Of a stretch of DNA of 64,000 nucleotides, positions 49,386-61,165 are shown one piece after another. Numbering within the stretch: the first letter of the stretch is position 1; the number at the start of each line of letters is the position of its first letter. The translations under genes and the position numbers were made by a program. This DNA comes from Thermoanaerobaculia bacterium (GTDB lineage Bacteria; Acidobacteriota; Thermoanaerobaculia; Multivoradales; Multivoraceae): positions 4,303,079 through 4,367,078 of the forward strand of contig OZ220742.1 in the NCBI GenBank assembly GCA_965116955.1. The letters run 5' to 3'. The notes beneath the pieces are model-generated. The model made no database searches and was not told where the DNA came from. It saw nothing but the letters and a program-made list of their open reading frames with translations.

Positions 49386-49560
49386 CCTCCGGTGTCGTCG
49401 GGGAGGAGGGTCCCTGCGGGCTGGAGGCAAGCGTCTCCCGAGATCGTCCCGCTGACCAACGACCCCCCGCAGCGCAGCCGACCGAAGCGAGCGCCGACTT
49501 CCCATCCACCAAGACAGCGCGAGCGGCCGCAGGGACCCTCCTCCCCGACGACGCCGGAGG
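49386..49560. repeat. 175-nt element bounded by 34-bp inverted repeats (33/34 complementary; the mismatch is G-U compatible on the plus-strand transcript)
   Basis: Arm 1 is 49386..49419 (cctccggtgtcgtcggggaggagggtccctgcgg). Arm 2 is 49527..49560 (ccgcagggaccctcctccccgacgacgccggagg). The 107-nt spacer contains smaller hairpins. It lies in the divergent intergenic region between the TPR and SDR genes. Confidence 0.8.
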
Positions 49561-49663
49561 CGGCAGCAACCGAGGCCCAATCGGGCTAGACTTCGCGCGC
49601 TTCGGCAAGGACCAAAAGACGGAAACGAACCGACTCGGACGACGAAGAGAAGGGGATAAGAAC

Positions 49664-50542
49664 ATGGGTCTGCTCGATGGAAAGGTCGCACTCGTTACCG
49701 GCGCCGGCGGCGGCCTCGGCCGCACTCACGCGTTGCTCGCGGCGCAGGAAGGGGCCGCGGTCGTGGTCAACGATCTGGGCGGAGCGCGGGACGGCACCGG
49801 CGCCGGCACCACGATGGCTGACCAGGTAGCCCAGGAGATCCGCGACGCCGGCGGTCAGGCCGTCGCCGACTACGGCTCGGTCTCGGACGGCGACGCCGCC
49901 CGGGCAATGGTCCAGCGCGCCGTCGACGAGTTCGGCAAGCTCGACATCGCGATCAACAACGCCGGCATCCTGCGCGACAAGTCGTTCAAGAACATGACCG
50001 ACGAGCTGTGGGACATCGTCCTCGACGTCCACCTGCGCGGCACCTACCTGGTCACGAAGGCCGCCTACGACCAGATGATCGAGCAGGAGTCCGGTGGCCG
50101 GATCATCATGACCAGCTCGACCTCCGGCCTGCTCGGCAACTTCGGCCAGACGAACTACGGCGCCGCCAAGGCCGGAATGGCCGGCTTCATGCGCTGCCTG
50201 GCGCTTGAGGGCGCCAAGTACGGCGTGACGGTGAACCTCCTCGCTCCCGCGGCCTGGTCCCGCCTGACTGAGGACATCATGCCCGAGACGACCGCAGAGC
50301 CGCTGGCGCCCGAGAAGGTGTCGCCGGCCGTTGTCTGGCTGTGCACCGACGACGCCGCCGACATCACGGGCCGCATCTTCGCGGTCGGCGGCAACAAGGT
50401 GTCGCTCCTGGCCTGGCAGTCGCTCGAGATCGCCAGCCGGCCGAACGACCAGGGACCGTGGGACGTGGCGACGATCGGCGAGAAGATCCGCGCCGCAGCC
50501 GCCGACTTCCCCAAGCCGGTCCACTTCAGCGATTTGATGTAG
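49664..50542 (+). CDS. SDR family oxidoreductase (MFE-2 / 3-hydroxyacyl-CoA dehydrogenase-like)
   Basis: 292 aa. GKVALVTGAGGGLGR, NNAGI, NYGAAKAG catalytic YxxxK. Confidence 0.88.
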   Translation: MGLLDGKVALVTGAGGGLGRTHALLAAQEGAAVVVNDLGGARDGTGAGTTMADQVAQEIRDAGGQAVADYGSVSDGDAARAMVQRAVDEFGKLDIAINNAGILRDKSFKNMTDELWDIVLDVHLRGTYLVTKAAYDQMIEQESGGRIIMTSSTSGLLGNFGQTNYGAAKAGMAGFMRCLALEGAKYGVTVNLLAPAAWSRLTEDIMPETTAEPLAPEKVSPAVVWLCTDDAADITGRIFAVGGNKVSLLAWQSLEIASRPNDQGPWDVATIGEKIRAAAADFPKPVHFSDLM

Positions 50543-50548
50543 CCGGAT

Positions 50549-50569
50549 CGTCCGCCGAACGGGCGGTCG
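50549..50569 (+). terminator. Weak GC hairpin after the SDR gene
   Basis: CG-t-CCGCC-GAACG-GGCGG-t-CG, 7 nt after the stop. No U-tract. Confidence 0.2.
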
Positions 50570-50623
50570 CCCTCGAACCCCTGTCCCGGCGCGCAACGTT
50601 CGTCGCCGGTCTTGCGTAGAATG

Positions 50624-50649
50624 TTGACTAATGTGACTATTATGGTCAC
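50624..50649 (+). promoter_or_regulatory. AT-rich segment with TTGACT hexamer and near-palindrome GTGACTA-TTA-TGGTCAC upstream of the sulfite/nitrite reductase gene (candidate promoter/operator)
   Basis: TTGACT lies at 50624..50629 and the inverted repeat at 50633..50649 (6 of 7 arm positions). The locally low GC stands out from the surroundings. It lies 67 nt upstream of ATG 50716. Confidence 0.3.
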
Positions 50650-50715
50650 GAATACGACGAGCCGCACCGCAGCCAGGCTGAACGCCTCGCCCACAGGACC
50701 TGACGAGAACACGCC

Positions 50716-53015
<2,300 letters not shown>

Positions 53016-53016
<1 letters not shown>

Positions 53017-53618
53017 TGACGGCTGACCTTCCGGAGGGGGAAAGCGCACAGCTCCCCGACCTCGACGCGCTGGTCAAGTTCGACCTGAAGGTGATGGCGG
53101 CAGAAGCCGCGGACGTGGAGGCAGAGGAGTTCATCCCGGTCTTCCACCGCTGGATCACCGAGCGCGCTCTTCCGGAACTCCTGATCGACGTCGCCGACTA
53201 CAGCCACGTCCACGAAGGACCGGGCGTGTTGCTCGTTGGCCACGACGCGATCTACGCCTACGACCTCAGCCGGGGCGAGCCGGGCCTGCTCTACAGCCGG
53301 CGCCACGAGTCGGGCGCGGAGCTCGCGGGAATCGACAGCCTCGACCGCAGGCTGAGGTCCCTGCTCGACTGCGCCTACCGCGCCTGCGACCTGATCGAAG
53401 CCGAGGACCAGCTGGGCGGCCGGGTCGTCTTCGACCGCCACAGGCTGGAGTTGCGCGTCAACGACCGGCTGTTTCCCTCCGACGAGCAGACGGCCCTGGC
53501 GCTAGCCGGCACCTTCCAGCGGGCGCTGGTCGAAGCGGGCGTCCGTGACGGCGATGCGTCGGTCGAGGTGAAGCGGATCGGGGAGCCTCGCGAGCGGCTG
53601 ACCCTCTCGACCGGCTAG
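53016..53618 (+). CDS. Conserved-looking hypothetical protein, translationally coupled to the reductase
   Basis: ATG 53016 overlaps the stop by 1 nt (TGATG). 200 aa in frame with track ORF 51804..53618 (MTADLPEGESAQLPDLDALVKFDLKV...). Acidic and soluble. No family recognised. Confidence 0.6.
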
Positions 53619-54226
53619 GAGCGGCGGGCCGCCTGCGCGCGCTCGACGAGTGACCGCAGCTCCGGCTCCAGCTCCAGAGCCGCCGCGGCTTCGCGGCCGG
53701 CGATCGACATCTTGGGCCAGGTCCTGGTGAGCACATCCACCGTCTTGTCCGGTCCCAAGCGGCCGGCCAGCGCCTCCAGGTCGTGTTCCAGGAACACCAG
53801 GCAGGCCGCGTCCTCCAGGGTCTGCGCCTCCGCCGCCGCGCTCCGGCCCGCGCGCTTCAGCACGAGGTTCTGGACCCGCTCCATCTGCTCCCGGCGGTAG
53901 CCCGCATCGCGCAGCACCGCGCCCGCAAGCCTGGCGTGTTCCAGCGCGGCCGCGCGCCGCCAGGCGAGGTAGCCCTTGCGTCCCTCGGGATAGTCCGTCC
54001 GCGGCAGGCTGAAACGGCGCAGGTGCTGGCAGTGGGCCGCGAGCAGCAGGATCTCACCGGCCTCCGGATCGAGCCGCTCGACCCACGCCGCCATCCGGCG
54101 CGAATAGGCCAGTTCCCGCGGCACCTGCTCGCCGTCCATCGTCGCCGTTGCCGGGTCCTCCCGGTGAAACAGATCGAACCCCGCCACCGCGTTCTGAAAA
54201 CGCGGCATCAACTCGAAGCTCTTCAC
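53615..54226 (-). CDS. DUF4202-like conserved hypothetical protein
   Basis: 203 aa. The pattern AYSRRMAAWVERL..LLLAAHCQHLRRFSLPRTDYPEGRKGYLAWRR..HA matches my recollection of DUF4202. Not verified. Confidence 0.55.
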   Translation of the reverse strand: MKSFELMPRFQNAVAGFDLFHREDPATATMDGEQVPRELAYSRRMAAWVERLDPEAGEILLLAAHCQHLRRFSLPRTDYPEGRKGYLAWRRAAALEHARLAGAVLRDAGYRREQMERVQNLVLKRAGRSAAAEAQTLEDAACLVFLEHDLEALAGRLGPDKTVDVLTRTWPKMSIAGREAAAALELEPELRSLVERAQAARRS

Positions 54227-55195
54227 CTACTCGCCGGCCAGCTCTCGTTCGACAACCAGCTTGTGCTCGGCGTTTCGCTGCAGCTCCGCCAGCCAGTCGA
54301 GAAAGCCCTGCGGATCGACGAAGGGGTGGGGATCCGAGGGCCCCCGCGACGCCAACTGCTCCGCACGCTCGAAGACCCGCCCCATCCCGGCGTGGTTCGT
54401 GATGTTGACCTCGACCGGATTCCCCTCCTCGCCGGCGAGTCTCCGGATCCGGGCCACGCTGTCCAGGTAGAGGTTCGTCCGGTGGACTCCCTCGAAGTTC
54501 AGGCCCACACCCCCGAAGACGAACGCCCGGTGCTCCTCCCCGCCGTCACGCACCGGGAACTCCATCGAGAGGACGCCTTCGGTGTGACCGGGAGTGACGT
54601 AGAAGCGGATCTCCGTGTCGCCCAACTGCAGGGTGTCGCCGTCCGCGATCACCATGTCGTGCACCGGAACGTCGATCTCGTAGCGGGGGTCGCTCGGCGG
54701 CTGTTCCGCCAGCTCCCAGTCGGCCTCGGTCATGCCGACCCGTGCGCCGTAGGCCTCCTGGAACCTCGCCGCCCCGCCGACATGGTCGAAGTGGCCGTGG
54801 GTCACCAGGACGTACTTCAGGTCCGACGGATCGAATCCCACGGCGCGGATGCCGTCGGTCACGTTGTCGATGAAGTCGCCGTACAGCGAGCCGATCAGGA
54901 TCAGGCCGTCCGTCGTCACCAGGAGATAGGACGACACCCACTCGATGCCGACGTAGTAGAGGTTGTCGAAAATCTGGAACGGCTCGACCCGTTGCGCTAC
55001 GGGATCGTTCCGGAGTCCCCAACCGTCGTCCTCAGCGTCCGCGGAGGCCGCGACGTCAGCTTCAGGAGCCTCGTCCGGCGCCGGCGCCGCGCTATCGCCA
55101 CCGCAGGCCGCGGCGCCAAGAACGATCAGGAGTGCGCTCAGGAGAGCCAGGGCAGAACGTGTCATGTGCCGGTCCAAGTTACCACGGCGGTCCAA
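54227..55195 (-). CDS. Metallo-beta-lactamase fold hydrolase (subclass B3-like), lipoprotein
   Basis: 322 aa. Lipobox-like LGAAAC. HxHxDH motif VTHGHFDHVGG. Downstream His in TPGHTEG. Confidence 0.8.
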   Translation of the reverse strand: MDRRGNLDRHMTRSALALLSALLIVLGAAACGGDSAAPAPDEAPEADVAASADAEDDGWGLRNDPVAQRVEPFQIFDNLYYVGIEWVSSYLLVTTDGLILIGSLYGDFIDNVTDGIRAVGFDPSDLKYVLVTHGHFDHVGGAARFQEAYGARVGMTEADWELAEQPPSDPRYEIDVPVHDMVIADGDTLQLGDTEIRFYVTPGHTEGVLSMEFPVRDGGEEHRAFVFGGVGLNFEGVHRTNLYLDSVARIRRLAGEEGNPVEVNITNHAGMGRVFERAEQLASRGPSDPHPFVDPQGFLDWLAELQRNAEHKLVVERELAGE

Positions 55196-55207
55196 CCCGA
55201 CCGGCCG

Positions 55208-55909
55208 CTACCAGCGCTCGCCGTAGGGCCTGAGTTCGACCTCGAAACTCCATGCCGACGGATCCTGGTGGGCCACGTACCAGACGTTCTCCGCAATCGC
55301 TTCCGGCTTGATGAAGAAGTCGTCCGGCTGGTCGGGCATCCGGCGCCGCGTCCATTCCAGATCGATCACCGCGTCGATCACGAAGTACGCGACGTGAACG
55401 CCCTGGGGCCCCAGGCTCCGCGCCATCGACTCCGCCAGGATGCGCTGTCCCGCCTTGGTCGGCGCGAAGCCGGCGAAGCGCGGCATGCCACGGCGCGCGG
55501 AGGTGTTCCCGGTGACCATGATCGCGCCGCGCCCCGCTTCGATCATCGCCGGCGCCAGCGCGCGGGCCAGGTACAGGAGCCCCATCACGTTGACCTCGAA
55601 GTTCGCGCGCAGCTGCTCGGGCTCGATCTCCAGGAAGTCGCCGAAGGCGCCGCTTACGGCGTTGTGGACGAGGACGGTGGGCGCGCCGAGATTGCCACGG
55701 ACCCGAGCGACGGTCGTGCGCACGGCTTCAGGGTCCGAGACGTCGCAGACGTAGCCGCGCGAGCCACCGATCCCCGTCTCCAGGGCGCGGAGCCGGTCCT
55801 CGTCGCGGGCCAGCATCGCCACCCGGTAGCCGCCGGAGGCGAACCGCCGCGCGAGCGCAGCCCCGGTGCCGGGGCCGACGCCGGAGATCAGGCACACCGG
55901 ATCGCTCAT
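55208..55909 (-). CDS. SDR family NAD(P)-dependent oxidoreductase
   Basis: 233 aa. ISGVGPGTGAALARRFA cofactor loop. HNAV and YxxxK-type region (FAPTKAG). Confidence 0.8.
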   Translation of the reverse strand: MSDPVCLISGVGPGTGAALARRFASGGYRVAMLARDEDRLRALETGIGGSRGYVCDVSDPEAVRTTVARVRGNLGAPTVLVHNAVSGAFGDFLEIEPEQLRANFEVNVMGLLYLARALAPAMIEAGRGAIMVTGNTSARRGMPRFAGFAPTKAGQRILAESMARSLGPQGVHVAYFVIDAVIDLEWTRRRMPDQPDDFFIKPEAIAENVWYVAHQDPSAWSFEVELRPYGERW

Positions 55910-56029
55910 CGGCCGCCGACGCTACTGCATTCCATCCGACAGAAGAGCGCCCCGCCGCTGAACAGAGCTATAGCTATTCCTGTATGCTTTCCCGGCACGA
56001 CTTCCGTGCCGTCTTCCCGGGAGGCCACG

Positions 56030-56638
56030 ATGATGGAACGCCGTTCTTCGATGCCCCGTTTCCTGCTCGCGGCGGCGCCCGGCGCTCTCGCGTTCGCGAT
56101 GTTGCTGACCGCGGCCCCGGCAGCCGCCGAACGCGAGTTCTACGTCGGCTTCCACCTCGGCCGGACGGATGTCGAAGTCAACGCCGACGATGCTCTCGAC
56201 CAGATCCTCGATGGCGACGGAAACTCGCAGGCCTACGAAATCGGCTTCAAGTTCAACGACAACTTCGCCGTGGAGGCCACCTATCACGACCTGTCGGAAG
56301 TCGACGGCGCGATCCGCCCCTGCGCCGAGGGCGTGCCGTGCTCCGACATTCCGATTCGCGGCAAGATCAACGTCCTGTCGCTGGCCATCGTGCCCCAATA
56401 CCCGATCACGAGCCGGATCTCCATCTTCGCGAAGATCGGCGTCGTGTCGTGGGGCGCCGACCTGGAGGACGCGCTGGACGACTTCGATGTCGCCCTCGAC
56501 GACCTGGACGAAGAAGACCTGGTCTACGGCGTCGGCGCGGAGTTCCAGCTCCTTGGCCGTCTCAGTCTCGTCGGGCGCTTCGAGTCGATCGGCGGCGACA
56601 TCGAGACCGTCTCCGTCGGAGCCCGCCTCGGGTTCTGA
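56030..56638 (+). CDS. Small outer-membrane beta-barrel protein (OmpA-like transmembrane / OmpW-like)
   Basis: Start ATG 56030 (MMERRSSMPRFLLAAAPGALAFAMLLTAAPAAA), in frame with track ORF 53783..56638. Alternating strands. C-terminal VGARLGF. Confidence 0.75.
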   Translation: MMERRSSMPRFLLAAAPGALAFAMLLTAAPAAAEREFYVGFHLGRTDVEVNADDALDQILDGDGNSQAYEIGFKFNDNFAVEATYHDLSEVDGAIRPCAEGVPCSDIPIRGKINVLSLAIVPQYPITSRISIFAKIGVVSWGADLEDALDDFDVALDDLDEEDLVYGVGAEFQLLGRLSLVGRFESIGGDIETVSVGARLGF

Positions 56639-56687
56639 CGGCGTACGGCCGAACGCGTCCCGGAAACGGGAGTGCTAGCGTCCGCGC

Positions 56688-57827
56688 ATGACCGACATCA
56701 CGCCCTACCGCATCGAGATCGACGAAGAGGAACTGACCGACCTTCGCCGCCGGCTGGCTGCCACCCGCTGGCCCGAGCGCGAGACGGTCGACGACTGGAC
56801 CCAGGGCATCCCGCTCGCCTACACGAAGGAGGTGTGCGAGTACTGGGCATCCTCCTACGACTGGCGCCGCCTGGAGAGCCGCCTGAACGATCTCGACCAG
56901 TTCAGGACCGAGATCGACGGGCTGGGCATCCACTTCCTCCACCTGCGCTCGAAGCACCGGGGGGCGGCGCCGCTGGTCATGACCCACGGCTGGCCGGGCT
57001 CGATCGTCGAGTTCCTCGAGGTGCTTGAGCCATTACTCGATCCGACCGCTCACGGCGGCTCGGAAGAGGACGCCTTCCACCTCGTGGTTCCCGCCCTGCC
57101 GGGCTTCGGCTTCTCGGACAAACCGACCAGTGCCGGCTGGAGCGTCGAGAAGATCGCCGACGCCTGGGCCGAACTCATGTCGCGACTCGGCTACGAGTGG
57201 TACTTCGCCCAGGGCGGCGACTGGGGCGCGGCGGTGAGCACGGCGATCGCGATCCAGGACCACGAGCACTGCCACGGCATCCACCTGAACATGCCGACCT
57301 CGGGCGTGGACCGGAGCACGATGGACGACCTGACGGACATCGAGAAGGACGCGCTCGCCGGGCTCCAGCACTACCAGGACTGGGACTCCGGCTATTCCAA
57401 GCAGCAGTCGACCCGGCCGCAGACCCTCGGCTACGGCCTGGTCGACTCGCCGGCCGGCCAGGCAGCCTGGATCATCGAGAAGTTCTGGTCCTGGATGGAC
57501 TGCGACGGCCACCCGGAGAACGTGCTGACGCGCGACCAGTTGCTCGACAACGTGATGATGTACTGGCTGCCGGCCTGCGGCGCTTCTTCGGGGCGCCTCT
57601 ACTGGGAGAGCTTCGGCAAGGGCGGTGGTGATCCGGTCGAGATCCCGGTCGGCTGCAGCATCTTCCCCAAGGAGATCTTCCGCTCCTCCCGGCGCTGGGC
57701 GGAACGACGGTACCGCCAGCTCGTCTACTGGAACCGGCTCGAGAAGGGCGGGCATTTCGCCGCCTTCGAGGTGCCGGACGTCTTCGTCGACGAACTGCGG
57801 AAGTGCTACCGCGCGATGCGGGCCTAG
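56688..57827 (+). CDS. Epoxide hydrolase (microsomal type, EHN N-terminal domain + alpha/beta hydrolase)
   Basis: 379 aa. ITPYRIEIDEEELTDLRRRLAATRWPE, HGWPGSIVEF, GGDWGA nucleophile elbow. Confidence 0.88.
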   Translation: MTDITPYRIEIDEEELTDLRRRLAATRWPERETVDDWTQGIPLAYTKEVCEYWASSYDWRRLESRLNDLDQFRTEIDGLGIHFLHLRSKHRGAAPLVMTHGWPGSIVEFLEVLEPLLDPTAHGGSEEDAFHLVVPALPGFGFSDKPTSAGWSVEKIADAWAELMSRLGYEWYFAQGGDWGAAVSTAIAIQDHEHCHGIHLNMPTSGVDRSTMDDLTDIEKDALAGLQHYQDWDSGYSKQQSTRPQTLGYGLVDSPAGQAAWIIEKFWSWMDCDGHPENVLTRDQLLDNVMMYWLPACGASSGRLYWESFGKGGGDPVEIPVGCSIFPKEIFRSSRRWAERRYRQLVYWNRLEKGGHFAAFEVPDVFVDELRKCYRAMRA

Positions 57828-57834
57828 CGCGCGT

Positions 57835-59487
57835 TCAGGCTTCGTCCACGGTGGCGCGGAACCGTGGCGGCCGGCGGTGCGGCGCCGCCTGTTCGAAGGC
57901 CCAGGCGATGCGAATCAGCGTCGGCTCGCTCCAGGCGGCGCCGAAGAAGGAGACACCGACCGGCAGGCCGTGAACGTGGCCGGCCGGGACCGTGACGTTC
58001 GGGTAGCCAGCGACCGCGGCAGCGCCGGAGCTGCCGACCGAGAAGGTGTCGCCGTGGACCAGGTCGGTCACCCAGGCCGGGCCGCCGCTCGGGCCCAGGA
58101 TGGCGTCGAGACGATGCTGGCCGAGCGCCGCGTCGAGGCCCTCCGCGCGTGACAGCCGGCTCGCCTCGTCTCGCGCTGTCCGGTAGGCAGCCTCCGTCAG
58201 CGGCCCCTTCGCTTCCGCTTCGATCAGGATCTCCTGGCCGAAGTACGGCATTTCGCGCTCCGCGTGCGCCTCGTTGAACGCGATGACGTCCGCGAGCGTT
58301 CTCGCCGGGGCTTCGTCCCCCAGTCCGGCCAGGTACTCGTTCAGACCGGCCTTGAACTCGTAGAGCATCGCCTCGTACTCGTGCCGCCCGACCTCCTGGC
58401 GATGGGCGATCTCGACCGGGTCGACGATCTCGGCGCCCAGGCTCTTGAGGGTCTCGATCGCCTCTTCCATGACCGCGTCGACGCGGCCGTCCCGGTCGAA
58501 GAACTGGCGGCCGATGCCGATCCGGAGGCTGCTCAGGTCGGCGGCATCCGGCTCCCCGAGGTGGCGTGTCAGTTCGGTGGGAACCGGCGAACGGGCGGTG
58601 GCTTCGTCCAGCGGATCCCGACCCGTCATGCCGCTGAGCAGTGCCGCGGCGTCGGCAACCGTACGCGCCATCGGACCGGCGGTGTCCTGCACCGCGGAGA
58701 TCGGAATGATGCCGCTCCGGCTGACCAGGCCCACGGTCGGCTTGATTCCGACCAGGCCGTTCGCCGACGACGGACAGATGATCGAGCCGTCGGTCTCGGT
58801 GCCCACCGCCGCGGCGCAGAGGTTCGCGGACGTGGCGGCGCCCGAACCGGAGCTCGAACCGCACGGATTCCGGCTGAGAACGTAGGGATTCCGGCACTGC
58901 CCGCCGCGGGCGCTCCAGCCCGAGCTCGACCGGTTCGAGCGGAAGTTGGCCCACTCGCTCAGGTTCGCCTTGCCGAGCAGCACCGCCCCGGCCTGACGGA
59001 GTCGGGCCGCCACGAACGCATCCCGCGGCGGGATCGACCCCTCCAGCGCCAGGGAACCGGCGGTGGTCGTCGTCCGGTCGGCGGTGGCGACGTTGTCCTT
59101 CAGCAGGATCGGAACACCGTGCAGCGGGCCGCGCACGTTCCCGGCGGCCCGCTCATGGTCGAGTTCTCCCGCGATCTCGAGGGCGTCCGGGTTCGTCTCG
59201 ATGACGGAGCGCAGCGCCGGACCCTGGCGATCCAGGGCCTCGATGCGGGCGAGGTAGAGCCCGGTGATCTCCCGGCTCGTCCGCTCCCCCTCGGCCATCT
59301 GCCGCCCCAGTTCGGCGATCGTCACCTCTTCGAGTTGGAAGCCGCCCACCTCGGTCGGCGCGGCTCCCGGCGGCGCGTCCCGATCACCGTCCGAGCGGGC
59401 GCATGCCGTTCCCGCCACGGCCGCGGCGCCGAGAGTGCCCACGACAGCCATCACGTCGCGGCGAGTCGCTCCGTCCGGGTCGGCCAC
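57835..59487 (-). CDS. Amidase (amidase-signature family), Tat-exported
   Basis: 550 aa. Twin-arginine TRRDVMAVVGTLGAAAVAG. AS motif NPCGSSSGSGAATSA and GTETDGSI. Confidence 0.85.
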   Translation of the reverse strand: MADPDGATRRDVMAVVGTLGAAAVAGTACARSDGDRDAPPGAAPTEVGGFQLEEVTIAELGRQMAEGERTSREITGLYLARIEALDRQGPALRSVIETNPDALEIAGELDHERAAGNVRGPLHGVPILLKDNVATADRTTTTAGSLALEGSIPPRDAFVAARLRQAGAVLLGKANLSEWANFRSNRSSSGWSARGGQCRNPYVLSRNPCGSSSGSGAATSANLCAAAVGTETDGSIICPSSANGLVGIKPTVGLVSRSGIIPISAVQDTAGPMARTVADAAALLSGMTGRDPLDEATARSPVPTELTRHLGEPDAADLSSLRIGIGRQFFDRDGRVDAVMEEAIETLKSLGAEIVDPVEIAHRQEVGRHEYEAMLYEFKAGLNEYLAGLGDEAPARTLADVIAFNEAHAEREMPYFGQEILIEAEAKGPLTEAAYRTARDEASRLSRAEGLDAALGQHRLDAILGPSGGPAWVTDLVHGDTFSVGSSGAAAVAGYPNVTVPAGHVHGLPVGVSFFGAAWSEPTLIRIAWAFEQAAPHRRPPRFRATVDEA

Positions 59488-61148
59488 CGTTCGACGCTAG
59501 CACTCAAACCCAGCCCCCACACCCACGCCACCAGAGCGCCCAGCGGCACGTACCACGGCCAGGCCAGAACCTCGCCGCCGGGCCCCTCCGCCCAACGCCA
59601 CAGGGCCAGCACACCGCCGGCGCCCAGGGCCAGGAAGAGGCTGGCGCCCACGCGGCCGCGGCCGTCCATGCGCAACCAGGTCCAAAGCAGCGCGACGACG
59701 GCGGCCAGGCAGATCCAGCCCGCCGCCGGCTGATGCCAGACCGCGGCGAACACGGCGAGCGCCGAGAGTGGCCCCGACCAGAGGAAGCCCCGCCCGTCGC
59801 GGCCGAACGGCGCCAAGGCCAGAGCCACCGCCGCCAGCAGCGCGCCCCCGGTGTATCCGGCCATCGCCAGGGCGAGGTCGAGCAGCGCGTCGTAGCGGGC
59901 CGCCACCGTGTCCATCGCGAGCGAAGTCAGCCCGAGCACCAGACCCCAGCCAAGCACGAGGAGCCGCGGCAGGCGCACGCCGTTGCCGGGGCGGGCGTGC
60001 GAGCGAAGCAGCGCCGACGTCGTCTGGGCGAGCGCCGCGAGGATCGAGTCCAGGCTGGACACCGCCGCCGCCAGCGCGCCGGCGACGACGAGCGCCTTCA
60101 GGCCGACCGCCACCGCCTCGACCGCGAAGACGGCGAAGATCCGGTCCGGCTGCTCGGCCACGATCTCGGCCGCGACCCCTGCGAGGGGCGCCTGCTCGTA
60201 GTAGGCCCACAAACCGATCCCGACGAAAGCGAACGAGAGGGAGACGAGGACGGAAACCCCGCTGGTCGCCACCGCCAGTTGAGCGTCCCGCGCGCTGCGG
60301 CAACAGAAGAGGCGTTGCGCCATCAACTGGTCGGTGCCGAAGGCGGCCACGCCGCCAATCGTGGCGCCGATCAGCGCGGCCCAGAGCGTGTAGGGAGCGG
60401 TCAGGGACGGCGACAGGTCGAACAACGTGAACTTCCCCTCGCTCCACGCGGCGGCGAGCGCCGGCGCCATGCCCGCCTCGAGTTCCCACGCCACGACGCC
60501 GAGGCTGACCGCGACGCCGGCCACGAACAGCAGGAAGAGGACGACGTCCGTCCAGACCACGGCGGCGATGCCCCCGAGCCAGGTCCAGACCACGGCGAGG
60601 ACAACCACCGCCGCCACCGCCGCCACGTGGGGCGGCACCCCAGTCGTCCGTTCCAGCCATCCCAGTTCCCGGTGGAGCAGGACGCCCAGAACGACCGCGG
60701 ACAGATAGACCCGGGCCGACTGGGCCAGAACGCCTCCCAGCCAGAACATGCCGGTCGCCGTCCGTCGTACGGAGGTTCCCGCGGTGCCGAGCCGCCGCTC
60801 GATCAGGTCGTACGGACTCATCACGTCGTAGCGGTAGTAGGCCGGGACGAGCAGCCACGCCACCAGCAGCCGCGCGGCGAGGTAGCCGAACAGCCCGATC
60901 TGCAGGTAGGTCAGGTCGCCGCCCGGCCGATGGACGATCGAGGGCAGGCTGATGTAGGTGACCGCGCTGATCTCGGTCGCGACCAAAGATGCCGCCACGG
61001 CGTACCAGGGGAGGCTCCTGGCGCCGCCGAAGTAATCGCGCTCGGTCTTCTGCCGCCGCGACAGCGAGCGCGCCATCACCGTGATGGCGGCGAACAGCGC
61101 CAGCAGAATCAGCCAGTCGGCAAGGCCGAAGCTGCCGCCAAGGCCCAT
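59451..61148 (-). CDS. Sodium:solute symporter family transporter with C-terminal TM extension
   Basis: 565 aa. DYFGGARSLPWYAVAASLVATEISAVTYI is SSF-like. More than 13 TM helices. Confidence 0.8.
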   Translation of the reverse strand: MGLGGSFGLADWLILLALFAAITVMARSLSRRQKTERDYFGGARSLPWYAVAASLVATEISAVTYISLPSIVHRPGGDLTYLQIGLFGYLAARLLVAWLLVPAYYRYDVMSPYDLIERRLGTAGTSVRRTATGMFWLGGVLAQSARVYLSAVVLGVLLHRELGWLERTTGVPPHVAAVAAVVVLAVVWTWLGGIAAVVWTDVVLFLLFVAGVAVSLGVVAWELEAGMAPALAAAWSEGKFTLFDLSPSLTAPYTLWAALIGATIGGVAAFGTDQLMAQRLFCCRSARDAQLAVATSGVSVLVSLSFAFVGIGLWAYYEQAPLAGVAAEIVAEQPDRIFAVFAVEAVAVGLKALVVAGALAAAVSSLDSILAALAQTTSALLRSHARPGNGVRLPRLLVLGWGLVLGLTSLAMDTVAARYDALLDLALAMAGYTGGALLAAVALALAPFGRDGRGFLWSGPLSALAVFAAVWHQPAAGWICLAAVVALLWTWLRMDGRGRVGASLFLALGAGGVLALWRWAEGPGGEVLAWPWYVPLGALVAWVWGLGLSASVERWPTRTERLAAT

Positions 61149-61165
61149 GCCGGCCTACGAGTGAA

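Noticed and set aside
49272-49589. 105-aa ORF (and its antisense partners) covering the intergenic inverted repeat as a real gene.
   Set aside because: It has no RBS and a Pro/Ser/Arg-rich composition. The same pseudo-peptide appears on both strands simply because of the 34-bp inverted repeat.
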